DNA from: Candidatus Electrothrix scaldis
Lineage (GTDB): Bacteria; Desulfobacterota; Desulfobulbia; Desulfobulbales; Desulfobulbaceae
DNA length: 24,000 bases
Assembly: GCA_033584155.1 (NCBI GenBank)
Contig: CP138355.1
Coordinates: forward strand, 2,279,826 to 2,303,825
Direction: 5' to 3'
The position numbers were made by a program, and so were the translations under genes. The notes under the pieces are model-generated. The model saw nothing but the letters and a program-made list of their open reading frames with translations. It ran no database searches and was not told the origin of the DNA. Below, one piece after another: positions 6,943 to 14,383 of this stretch. Position 1 is the stretch's first letter. Every line of letters starts with the position of its first letter.

Positions 6943-8004
6943 TTAGTGCTGAAAACGCAGGCCGATACCAAAACGTCCGTACTGATCAATATCACTCATC
7001 TCGTCAACAGCACTTCGGGCTTCCAGGAATACGGAGATATTGAAAGCATTGGGATCTCCGTACACGCGAGCACCTATATTGGCGAGAACGTCAAGGTCGG
7101 AATCATCGGAATCAAGATCGCTGTCATTATCAGTGATCCAACCACCGAGACCCAGGCCGACAAAGCCATCAAAGGCTCCAGACCAGTTATACTGAGCAAA
7201 AACATCAACAAGTAATGCATCATCGCCGTCTGAACCGTCCAATTTAGGAGCAGCTCCTGCCATTGCCAGGAAGGAGAGATTCTCAAGCGAGGTGCCTGCA
7301 AAGGGAGAATATTGAACACCCAAGCGGGCAAAGAGATAGTCTGCTGGATCAGAGAGACGCAGGTAACCAAGGTCGCCAACAAAGCGCAAAGGGCCTATTG
7401 CCAGATCTGCTTCTGTGTCTTCTATCTCGTCGGTGTCTGTATCATCGACAACGTCAGTCGGCAAACACTCAGCAGGAACTCCCTGGCATTCAGCCGGGCA
7501 ACCTTCCTGATCCTTGGTATCGTCTACGCAGGATTCAGGGCAATCTGTGGGAAATTTATCACAGATATTACAGCCCAATTCATCGCATACAGGAGGACAA
7601 TTCTCACCTTCAGGGTTTTCAATACATTCTACAGAACAATCATCACAGCTGTAACATTTTATGTCACGACAGATATCCGGACAACCTTCGCCGTAGGGAT
7701 TCATTTTACATTCCGGAGTACAGTCCTCGCAGGATTGACAACTGATATCCTTGCAGATGTCTGGGCATCCTGGACTATAAGGATTCATTTTGCACTCGTC
7801 TGAGCAGTCGTCGCAGGATGCCTGGGATGCCTGACATGCCGGATCTTTACATACAGATGGACAGCCCTTGCCATAAGGATTCTCCAGACATTCATCTGAG
7901 CAGTCATCGCAGGTATAGGCTTTGCCACCGGCAAAAGCAACACCTGTCGACAACAGGACGAAAACAGCACCCTGTGCCAACACTTTCAGTCTCATTGTTC
8001 TCAC
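6943..8004 (-). CDS. secreted cysteine-rich tandem-repeat protein with C-terminal beta-barrel-like (outer-membrane?) domain; unknown family
   Basis: AAGGAGAG RBS. Signal peptide MRTMRLKVLAQGAVFVLLSTGVAFA/GG. 30 Cys fall between residues 32 and 180 in about 28-aa repeats, followed by an acidic linker. The C-terminal ~150 aa consist of alternating-hydrophobic strands with Asp-rich loops and end GIGLRFQH. Confidence 0.8.
   Translation of the reverse strand: MRTMRLKVLAQGAVFVLLSTGVAFAGGKAYTCDDCSDECLENPYGKGCPSVCKDPACQASQASCDDCSDECKMNPYSPGCPDICKDISCQSCEDCTPECKMNPYGEGCPDICRDIKCYSCDDCSVECIENPEGENCPPVCDELGCNICDKFPTDCPESCVDDTKDQEGCPAECQGVPAECLPTDVVDDTDTDEIEDTEADLAIGPLRFVGDLGYLRLSDPADYLFARLGVQYSPFAGTSLENLSFLAMAGAAPKLDGSDGDDALLVDVFAQYNWSGAFDGFVGLGLGGWITDNDSDLDSDDSDLDVLANIGARVYGDPNAFNISVFLEARSAVDEMSDIDQYGRFGIGLRFQH
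7570..7911 (-). repeat. in-frame tandem coding repeats (4 units of 84-96 nt) encoding the 6-Cys module
   Basis: The units start at Cys32, Cys64, Cys92 and Cys120. Consensus: C-[DE]-D-C-[ST]-x-E-C-x2-N-P-[YE]-[GS]-x-[GN]-C-P-x-[VI]-C-[KRD]-[DE]-x2-C. A degenerate fifth unit extends to 7462. Confidence 0.8.
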
Positions 8005-8097
8005 TCTCCTTGTTCTGTGAAGTTTATCTCATTGCCCGTGGTTGCGGACGAACTGCATTTTCCCTACAAAAGAGGGTAAAATTTTTTTTACTTATAA

Positions 8098-8126
8098 TAT
8101 ATATAAAGTCCTTGGTGATCTGGCAA
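8098..8126 (-). promoter_or_regulatory. candidate sigma70 promoter of the Cys-repeat gene
   Basis: Minus strand: TTGCCA (8126-8121), a 17-nt spacer, then TATATA (8103-8098). This gives a 5' UTR of about 90 nt. Confidence 0.35.
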
Positions 8127-8296
8127 CAGAAAAAAACAACAAGCAGCTATAGCGATGTTTTTCGGCCCTGAAAAAGCTTTGCAGGTGAAAAATACAAATA
8201 GCAGTTGCTTTTGACTTCCCAGGGGCTACAGTAAAATGAACAGTATGTTACTGCGTGGTCAACAAATGGGTTGTTTTTTGTTTTTCTTTAACAGGT

Positions 8297-8920
8297 ATGG
8301 TGGAAATGAAAAAGATACCTCTCCTCACCGGGCTACTTTGGTTGCTTATATGTCTGGGGCACAGCTTTTCTTTCGAGTTGATCAGGCAGGATGTTGTTCA
8401 ATTCCCCTTAGCCCTCCTTCTCTCTATTCTTTTACCAGTGAGCTTCTGGCTGCTTGCCAAGGGTGAGAAACAGCGATATCTTGCCCTGCTTTTTGTCGGG
8501 ATATTTATAATCAACACTTCCTTTCTGTTCATTATCATGCGCGGCAGTTTTGCCACCAAGCAGCAAATGACTGAGCAGCTCAAGGCGGGAATACAGCCAG
8601 ATCTGGCAGAATATCTCATTACCGCTGTGAGTGCTCATAAACGACAGATTGCAGCCCGGCTTATTTATCAGCTGCATGGGGTGGCCTTACCCTTTAAAAA
8701 CGATGCCGGTGGCTATACCTTATATGAACCCGACAAGGCCGATAAGGAAAAATTTCAAAAGAATTTTTTCGCCCAGAATGACCTGAAACTGAGACAAGGA
8801 GGCTTTGCAGCGTCTTTTGCCACAGCAACACTTTTGATGTTGATTCATGTCGGGCTGTTTATTGCCTTACTGGTTTTTTTAGTGCTTTATGATCAGGGAA
8901 AGCTGGAAAGAGATGAGTAA
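8297..8920 (+). CDS. hypothetical integral membrane protein (about 4 TM with a ~100-aa soluble loop)
   Basis: The ORF is open 8255-8920. Likely starts are ATG 8297 (MVEMKKIPLL) or 8306. Hydrophobic segments: IPLLTGLLWLLICLG, FPLALLLSILLPVSFWLLA, YLALLFVGIFIINTSFLFIIM and FAASFATATLLMLIHVGLFIALLVFLVLY. I recognised no motif. Confidence 0.6.
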   Translation: MVEMKKIPLLTGLLWLLICLGHSFSFELIRQDVVQFPLALLLSILLPVSFWLLAKGEKQRYLALLFVGIFIINTSFLFIIMRGSFATKQQMTEQLKAGIQPDLAEYLITAVSAHKRQIAARLIYQLHGVALPFKNDAGGYTLYEPDKADKEKFQKNFFAQNDLKLRQGGFAASFATATLLMLIHVGLFIALLVFLVLYDQGKLERDE

Positions 8921-8926
8921 GGATGA

Positions 8927-8948
8927 GGGAGAAGCTAATTCTTCTCCC
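8927..8948. terminator. hairpin between convergent genes (membrane protein / response regulator)
   Basis: GGGAGAAG (8927-8934), loop CTAATT, then CTTCTCCC (8941-8948). There is no clean U-tract on either strand. Confidence 0.35.
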
Positions 8949-8994
8949 CTAATTCTGCGCTTTTTCGGGGACTGCTCTGTATTGCCAGCGTTAT

Positions 8995-10341
8995 TTATAC
9001 GCCGTATCGCTTAAGCTTATTCAGTAGGGTTTTTCTGGTAATCTGGAGACGACGGGCCGCCTCGCTGCGATTTCCGTTGGTTTCATCAAGAGTTTTGAGG
9101 ATAAGCTGGCGCTCAGCGTCTCGTAGGGTGGACGGCTGTTCTTCGTCCTTTTTGGGGTTCATGCCAGCCCAATTCTGAACAGCCATAGGCAGGCTCTCAA
9201 TATCGAGATATTCTCCCCGCATCAGAATAACCCCGCGTTCAATAGCATTTTCCAGTTCCCGAACATTGCCGGGCCAGGGGTAGCGATTGAGTATATCCAT
9301 ACAATCAGGAGTAATGCCCTGCACTTCCCGTTTATTTCTTTTAGCAAAACTGCGCAGAAAATAATCAGCAAGTAAGGGGATATCTCCATCACGGTCTGCC
9401 AAGGACGGCATATCCAAGGCCACTACATTTAAACGATAATAAAGATCTTCCCGGAAATTTCCTGCTTTGACTTCGGCTTCCAGGTCGCGGTTCGTGGCCG
9501 TAACAATGCGGACATCCACCTTTATAATTTCCTGACCACCAACCCGTTGCAACTCATGCTCCTGAATAACCCGGAGTAGTTTTGCCTGCATAGCAGGGGT
9601 GGTTTCGCCTATCTCATCAAGAAAGAGTGTGCCTTCCTGGGCCTGGACAAAACAACCTTCGCGACGGCGATCTGCTCCTGTAAAGGCTCCTTTTTCATGG
9701 CCAAACAGCTCAGATTCCAGCAGGGTTTCTGACAAAGCAGCGCAGTTTACCTTAACAAAGGGGCCCTTTCTCCGGTGACTTTTATAATGCAATGCCGAGG
9801 CAACTAACTCTTTTCCTGTACCGGAATCTCCGGTAATCAGTACAGTAGCTTCAGTTGGAGCGACTTGAACAATCATTTCCCAGAGAGTCTGCATCGGCGT
9901 AGAGGAGCCAATAATCTTGCCATCCTCGCCAAAGGGTTTTTCCGTGAGCTCTGCCTTGTCCGGTTGCTGCCGATGTCCCAGAGCGGCTTCCAGGGTTTGG
10001 CGAAGTCGCTCAAAATCTATGGGTTTGGTCAAATAGTCATGGGCACCTAATTTGATTGCTTCAACGGCCGAATCTATTGAGGAGTAGGCTGTCATCATGA
10101 CAACCGGAATTGATGGATTAATGGCGTGTATCTGCCGTAAGGCCTGTAGGCCGTCTATTGGCTCCATACAGACATCCAGGAGAATGACATCAAAAGGACC
10201 TTGTCGGACAGCATTAACTGCTGTTTCTCCGTCCTCTGCTTCCTGACATGACCAGCCCCATTCCGTCAGCATGGAGTAGAGCATGTACCTGTGAACCTGC
10301 TCGTCGTCTACAATTAAAATTTTGACCTTCTTTTTATCCAT
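8995..10341 (-). CDS. sigma54-dependent response regulator (NtrC/AtoC/ZraR family: REC + AAA+ + Fis-type HTH)
   Basis: REC domain KILIVDDE..DVILLDVCMEPIDG. Walker A GDSGTGKE. The GAFTGA sigma54-contact loop is present as EKGAFTGA. The C-terminal HTH reads NGNRSEAARRLQITRKTLLNKLKRYG. Confidence 0.92.
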   Translation of the reverse strand: MDKKKVKILIVDDEQVHRYMLYSMLTEWGWSCQEAEDGETAVNAVRQGPFDVILLDVCMEPIDGLQALRQIHAINPSIPVVMMTAYSSIDSAVEAIKLGAHDYLTKPIDFERLRQTLEAALGHRQQPDKAELTEKPFGEDGKIIGSSTPMQTLWEMIVQVAPTEATVLITGDSGTGKELVASALHYKSHRRKGPFVKVNCAALSETLLESELFGHEKGAFTGADRRREGCFVQAQEGTLFLDEIGETTPAMQAKLLRVIQEHELQRVGGQEIIKVDVRIVTATNRDLEAEVKAGNFREDLYYRLNVVALDMPSLADRDGDIPLLADYFLRSFAKRNKREVQGITPDCMDILNRYPWPGNVRELENAIERGVILMRGEYLDIESLPMAVQNWAGMNPKKDEEQPSTLRDAERQLILKTLDETNGNRSEAARRLQITRKTLLNKLKRYGV

Positions 10342-10579
10342 GGATTCAGTAAACTGTTACAGCTCCTTCTGCTGGGGAAAGAATTTTGACTGGTACGCTT
10401 ATTTGATGCACCCTAATATTTGGCTTAATAAATAATACAGACTCGATTGATGTCGTAAAATTATCATTTAAAAAATAGGCTTCACTATATAAGTTATGTA
10501 GAAAACCAGGCGCTGTCCATAAAAAAAGGACATTTGAAAAACAATATTTGTTCGAGTGATAACGCTTCCTGAAGAGGAT

Positions 10580-11320
10580 TCACTTATCGCGGAGTGAAAT
10601 ACATTTCCAACCTCTTTCCCGGGCCAGTGCAGCCAATTTTTCATCAGGATCCACAGCAACCGGGGTATCTACTTTTTCCAATAAGGGCAGGTCGTTGATT
10701 GAATCACTGTAAAAGCAACTTCCCTGAAGAGACATCTTCTTTTCTGCCAGCCAGTTTTCCAGGCGTTGCACCTTACCTTCATGGAAACAGGGAATTCCAT
10801 CAACCTCTCTGGTATAGCGATTATTGACGATCTTTGGTTCTGTTGCCAAGAGATGCTCTATCCCGAAGGCCCGGGCAATGGGGCTGGTGATAAAGCTATT
10901 GGTTGCCGTGATCACCATCGCTGTGTCGCCTTGTTCTTTATGTTTATCTACCAAAGCCTGGGCAGGTTTGCCGATCATCGGCTCAATAACCTCTTGCATG
11001 AATTCTCCGTGAAGCACGTGCAGTTCTTCCATGCTGCGTTCTGCCAGGGGTTGGAAGCTGAAGGCGGAGAACTCATAGATATCCAGAGTTCCTTGCTTGT
11101 ACTGGTCATAAAAACGGTTATTTTCCGCTTCGTAATAATCCTCATTAACCAGACCTTTTCTGATGAGGAAGCGGCCCCATTCATAATCACTGTCACCAGC
11201 GAGGAGTGTATTATCAAGATCAAAAAGAGCAAGTGCCATAAGGAATATATCGAGAGTGAGTTGTTTAACGGGGTGTCTTTGACTGGTCAGTTTTCCGTAT
11301 TGGAATTGACTGAGGGGCAT
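10580..11320 (-). CDS. HAD-IB family hydrolase (SerB-like phosphatase family)
   Basis: ALFDLDNTLLAGDSDYEW (motif I), VITATNSF (motif II) and FYSDSINDLPLL (motif IV). The track ORF runs to 11488, but that part overlaps miaB. Plausible starts are ATG 11320, one nt after the miaB stop (TGAcATG), or ATG 11239 (MALALFDLDNT). Confidence 0.8.
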   Translation of the reverse strand: MPLSQFQYGKLTSQRHPVKQLTLDIFLMALALFDLDNTLLAGDSDYEWGRFLIRKGLVNEDYYEAENNRFYDQYKQGTLDIYEFSAFSFQPLAERSMEELHVLHGEFMQEVIEPMIGKPAQALVDKHKEQGDTAMVITATNSFITSPIARAFGIEHLLATEPKIVNNRYTREVDGIPCFHEGKVQRLENWLAEKKMSLQGSCFYSDSINDLPLLEKVDTPVAVDPDEKLAALARERGWKCISLRDK

Positions 11321-11321
11321 G

Positions 11322-12674
11322 TCAGGATGCCTCCGGGGCTGCCAGTTCTCCTTTGAGGGAATGCTGACCAGCGTGGGTAATCGTAACCAAAGCAAAATCT
11401 CCGGGCAGCAGGTTGGTCGGGGAGGTAAAGTGAACAATATGATTTGTCCCTGTTCGACCTTGGGTGCCAGATTCCCCATTGGATTCAATCATAACCTCAA
11501 CGGTCTTGCCAAGGAATTCCTGATTGCGTTCCAGGCTGATTTCATCCTGGCGACTCTGAAAACGCTGGAGCCGTTCCCCTTTTACCTGTTCCTCAACCTT
11601 GTCGGGGAAATCCGCTGAGCGGGTATGGGGTCGGTCTGAATACTTAAAGGAGAAGGAACCGTGAAAGCGCACGGTCTCCAAGAGATCCATTGTCTGATCA
11701 AAATCCTCCTCTGTTTCGCCGGGAAAGCCAACTATAACATCTGTGCAGAGCGCGATGTCCGGGCAATAAGAGCGCAACTCTGCAACCTTTTCCAGATACA
11801 GCTCTCTGGTGTATTTGCGATTCATTCGTTTGAGCACGGCATTGGAACCGGCCTGCACGGGGAGATGAAACTGTGGGCAGAGATTGGGCAGATCCCGGAA
11901 GCATCGCATTAACTCGGTTGAGAGATCCTGCGGGTTGGAGGTGGTAAAGCGGAGGCGCTGGACTCCCGGTATTGCTGCAACCATTTTCAGCAGGTCGGCA
12001 AAGCCGATGGGCTCATCGGCAACTGCATTCGTGCAGCCATAGGAATTGACATTTTGCCCCAGCAAGGTGATTTCCTTGATGCCACGGGCAACCAAGATCC
12101 GCACTTCTTCCAGGATATCCGCAACCGGTCTGCTGATCTCCCTTCCCCGGGTAGTCGGCACCACACAATAGCTGCAATAATTATTACAACCTTGCATAAT
12201 GGTGACGAATTTTCTGAACTCTGTGGGCTGTTGCGGAACATCTTCCAGTAATCTCTGGAAGGGAGGAATGCTGAATTCTTTCTCAAGATTGCAGGAAATC
12301 TCCCGGCTAGTCTCCTTACGCTCAAGGCGCCCCAGCATCTCCGGCAGCTGATAGAGCTGCTGGGTTCCCACCACGATATCCACATGGGGCATGCGGCGGA
12401 AAATCTGCTCTCCTTCCTGCTGGGCTACACAGCCTGCCACGGCGATGCGGAGTTCCGGTTGCTGTTTTTTCTGCTTACGGAGCGACCCGAGCAGGCTGAA
12501 GACTTTTTGTTCCGCCTTGGCGCGAATGGAACATGTGTTGAGGATCACCAGATCAGCATCTGTTTGCTCTGCCACCGGGATATAGCCGGATTGGGCCAGG
12601 AGCTGAGCCATGATTTCCGAGTCCCGCTCGTTCATCTGGCAGCCAAAGGTCTTTATATAAACGTGTTTACTCAT
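11322..12674 (-). CDS. miaB: tRNA (N6-isopentenyl-adenosine-37) methylthiotransferase MiaB
   Basis: N-terminal UPF0004 domain VYIKTFGCQMNERDSE..LNTCSIR. Radical SAM motif CNNYCSYCVVP. The C-terminal TRAM-like region ends ..ALVTITHAGQHSLKGE. Confidence 0.9.
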   Translation of the reverse strand: MSKHVYIKTFGCQMNERDSEIMAQLLAQSGYIPVAEQTDADLVILNTCSIRAKAEQKVFSLLGSLRKQKKQQPELRIAVAGCVAQQEGEQIFRRMPHVDIVVGTQQLYQLPEMLGRLERKETSREISCNLEKEFSIPPFQRLLEDVPQQPTEFRKFVTIMQGCNNYCSYCVVPTTRGREISRPVADILEEVRILVARGIKEITLLGQNVNSYGCTNAVADEPIGFADLLKMVAAIPGVQRLRFTTSNPQDLSTELMRCFRDLPNLCPQFHLPVQAGSNAVLKRMNRKYTRELYLEKVAELRSYCPDIALCTDVIVGFPGETEEDFDQTMDLLETVRFHGSFSFKYSDRPHTRSADFPDKVEEQVKGERLQRFQSRQDEISLERNQEFLGKTVEVMIESNGESGTQGRTGTNHIVHFTSPTNLLPGDFALVTITHAGQHSLKGELAAPEAS

Positions 12675-12690
12675 TATGTGTATTTTATTA

Positions 12691-12711
12691 TTCCGTCCCA
12701 GGAGGACGGAA
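12691..12711 (-). terminator. 8-bp perfect hairpin between livG and miaB
   Basis: TTCCGTCC (12691-12698), loop CAGGA, then GGACGGAA (12704-12711). On the minus strand A/U-rich TAATAAAATA follows rather than a pure U-tract. Confidence 0.4.
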
Positions 12712-12728
12712 TAGAGTTTGTTATGTTG

Positions 12729-13541
12729 TTATATATCATGAATTTCTTCCATGTCTTCCCCAAGATAGGCCTTAATCACCTCTGGATTATTGCGGACCTC
12801 GTTCGGCGTACCTTCCGCGATCTTTTTGCCGTAATCCATGACAAAAATATGGTCGGATAGGCTCATCACCAGTTTCATATCGTGCTCAATGAGCAGGATA
12901 GAGATGCCGTCATCTCGGATTTCGGTGATAAGTTCATCAAGTTCTACGGTCTCCTGGGGGTTCATTCCGGCTGCGGGCTCATCAAGGAGGAGCAGGGACG
13001 GGTCGGTTGCCAGTGCTCTGGCTATCTCCAGTCTGCGCTGGGCGCCATAGGGGAGGTTTTTTGCAAATTCATCAGCCAGTTCAGCCAAACCGATTTTCTC
13101 CAGCAGGCTGTAGGAACGGGTAATGACCTCTTTTTCTTCATTCTGTGTGCCTTTGTCGCGAAAGATCGCACCTAATACCCTGGCCTTGGTGCGGCAATGG
13201 CAACCAATCATGACGTTTTCCAGAACGCTCATGTCCGGGAAGAGGCGGATGTTCTGAAAGGTCCGGGCAAGTCCCTGCTCCGTCACCTGATTGGGTTTTA
13301 AGCCGTTGAGTCGTTTGCTGCTCCGGCCCGGTGGTGTCAGAAAAAGATTGCCAGAGGTTGGTTTGTAAATCCCGGTCAGGCAGTTGAAAAAGGTGGTCTT
13401 GCCTGCGCCGTTTGGGCCAATCAGGGCGGCTATTTCTCCCTGTCGAACCCGGATATTTAGCTTATCCAAGGCCCTGATGCCCCCGAACTGCATGGTCAGG
13501 TCGCTGACCTCAAGGATGGGATTGTTACTTTGCTCGGTCAT
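12729..13541 (-). CDS. livG: branched-chain amino acid ABC transporter ATP-binding protein, LivG type
   Basis: Walker A GPNGAGKTT. Other LivG-type stretches are GLARTFQNIRLF, LPYGAQRRLEIARALATDPSLLLLDEPAAGMNP, ILLIEHDMKLVM and the LivG-specific C-terminus NPEVIKAYLG. The likely start is MTEQSNNPILEV at 13541; the track ORF starts at 13586. Confidence 0.85.
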   Translation of the reverse strand: MTEQSNNPILEVSDLTMQFGGIRALDKLNIRVRQGEIAALIGPNGAGKTTFFNCLTGIYKPTSGNLFLTPPGRSSKRLNGLKPNQVTEQGLARTFQNIRLFPDMSVLENVMIGCHCRTKARVLGAIFRDKGTQNEEKEVITRSYSLLEKIGLAELADEFAKNLPYGAQRRLEIARALATDPSLLLLDEPAAGMNPQETVELDELITEIRDDGISILLIEHDMKLVMSLSDHIFVMDYGKKIAEGTPNEVRNNPEVIKAYLGEDMEEIHDI

Positions 13542-13554
13542 AATCTCGCGAGAA

Positions 13555-14361
13555 TTAAGATGCTTCGGAGCCTGAAACTGCGACACCGGTTTTTATTTCC
13601 AGTATGACATCAAGAGGGAATCCAGTGGTTTTGGCTATAATATCAGGAGCAATCCCCTCCTGAAGTAAAGCCTTGGCAACAGAGAGCTTGCCCTCGTCAA
13701 ACTGTGTTTTTTGGAGTTCTTCCTGATGATACTCTTCAATCATCCGCGCACGTTCAGCAGGTGAGATCCGATTCTTCTGGATGTGCTCAAAGAGTTTATG
13801 AATCTCTGGTCGAGTATAGCATTTTTCATCAACTTCTTCATCCAACGTGTCATTGATTGCCTGCAACCATTCCCGATAGGGTTCCGGTGTGTCGTCACTT
13901 ACATATTTCGGGCAGAGATAGATAATCTTATGCGGAATTTCTTTTAGAGGGTGGCCTGATAAATCGTGAGGATCAAAATCTGTAATTGCGATGTCTGTTT
14001 TATGACGGTCACCGGAAGTCAGAACCACAAGGGTGTACACCTTGAGTGGTGGATGATAATCTTTTGAATTTGCAATCTGCTCCAATAAAGCGACACAGTG
14101 ATAATAAAGAAACCTGTCGTAATGATCAATGCTGCGGGCATGCTGAATATCAACGATGACACGGTGTTTCTTGTCTTCTGCAAACAAATCAAAACGCGGT
14201 GCGACATAACCTATGGGAGAATTAAATTCTTTTTCGGTTTCAACCTGTTCGATTTCCAGAGTCAGCCCCAGTATGTCTTGAATAAATGCGGCAAAGATCT
14301 CCGGGTCACAGAATGCTTTTTTAAAGACAACTCCGTATCGTAATGATGCCACATGTTTCAT
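13555..14361 (-). CDS. PD-(D/E)XK nuclease family transposase / Rpn-like recombination-promoting nuclease
   Basis: MKHVASLRYGVVFKKAFCDPEIF..FDLFAEDKKHRVIVDIQHA.. shows the PDDEXK_2 pattern D..(D/E)xQ. The C-terminal helical tail reads ..AKALLQEGIAPDIIAKTTGF. The 19-codon N-terminal extension in the track runs into the IS terminal repeat, so I start the gene at ATG 14361 (GAGG 11 nt upstream). Confidence 0.7.
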   Translation of the reverse strand: MKHVASLRYGVVFKKAFCDPEIFAAFIQDILGLTLEIEQVETEKEFNSPIGYVAPRFDLFAEDKKHRVIVDIQHARSIDHYDRFLYYHCVALLEQIANSKDYHPPLKVYTLVVLTSGDRHKTDIAITDFDPHDLSGHPLKEIPHKIIYLCPKYVSDDTPEPYREWLQAINDTLDEEVDEKCYTRPEIHKLFEHIQKNRISPAERARMIEEYHQEELQKTQFDEGKLSVAKALLQEGIAPDIIAKTTGFPLDVILEIKTGVAVSGSEAS

Positions 14362-14383
14362 TGAGATTAACCTCGTATTTTTA

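Noticed and set aside
6590-6946. Plus-strand ORF 6590-6946 (118 aa)
   Set aside because: It starts at a non-ATG codon with no RBS, gives a Phe/Ser/Leu-rich translation of the pyrimidine tract, and reads straight through the strong terminator hairpin at 6873-6912.
7074-7970. Track ORFs 7074-7382(-), 7263-7745(+), 7312-7803(+), 7785-7970(-) and 7818-8171(+), inside or antisense to the Cys-repeat gene
   Set aside because: These are alternative-frame or antisense products of the repeat-rich gene. The 6943-8004 frame has the RBS, signal peptide, periodic Cys pattern and terminator, and the others have none of these.
11321-11488. Upstream extension of the HAD-IB ORF overlapping the 3' end of miaB
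   Set aside because: The extension (MNPMGNLAPKVEQG..) is an out-of-frame read of the miaB TRAM-domain region. The HAD motif I (FDLDNT) lies just after Met 11239, and an ATG at 11320 sits 1 nt after the miaB stop.
13542-13586. Apparent overlap between the livG ORF start (13586) and the Rpn-like ORF end (13555); likewise the Rpn-like ORF start (14418) reaching into the IS repeat
   Set aside because: Both come from taking the longest ORF. Internal starts (13541 for livG, 14361 for the Rpn-like gene) give family-typical N-termini and remove the overlaps.
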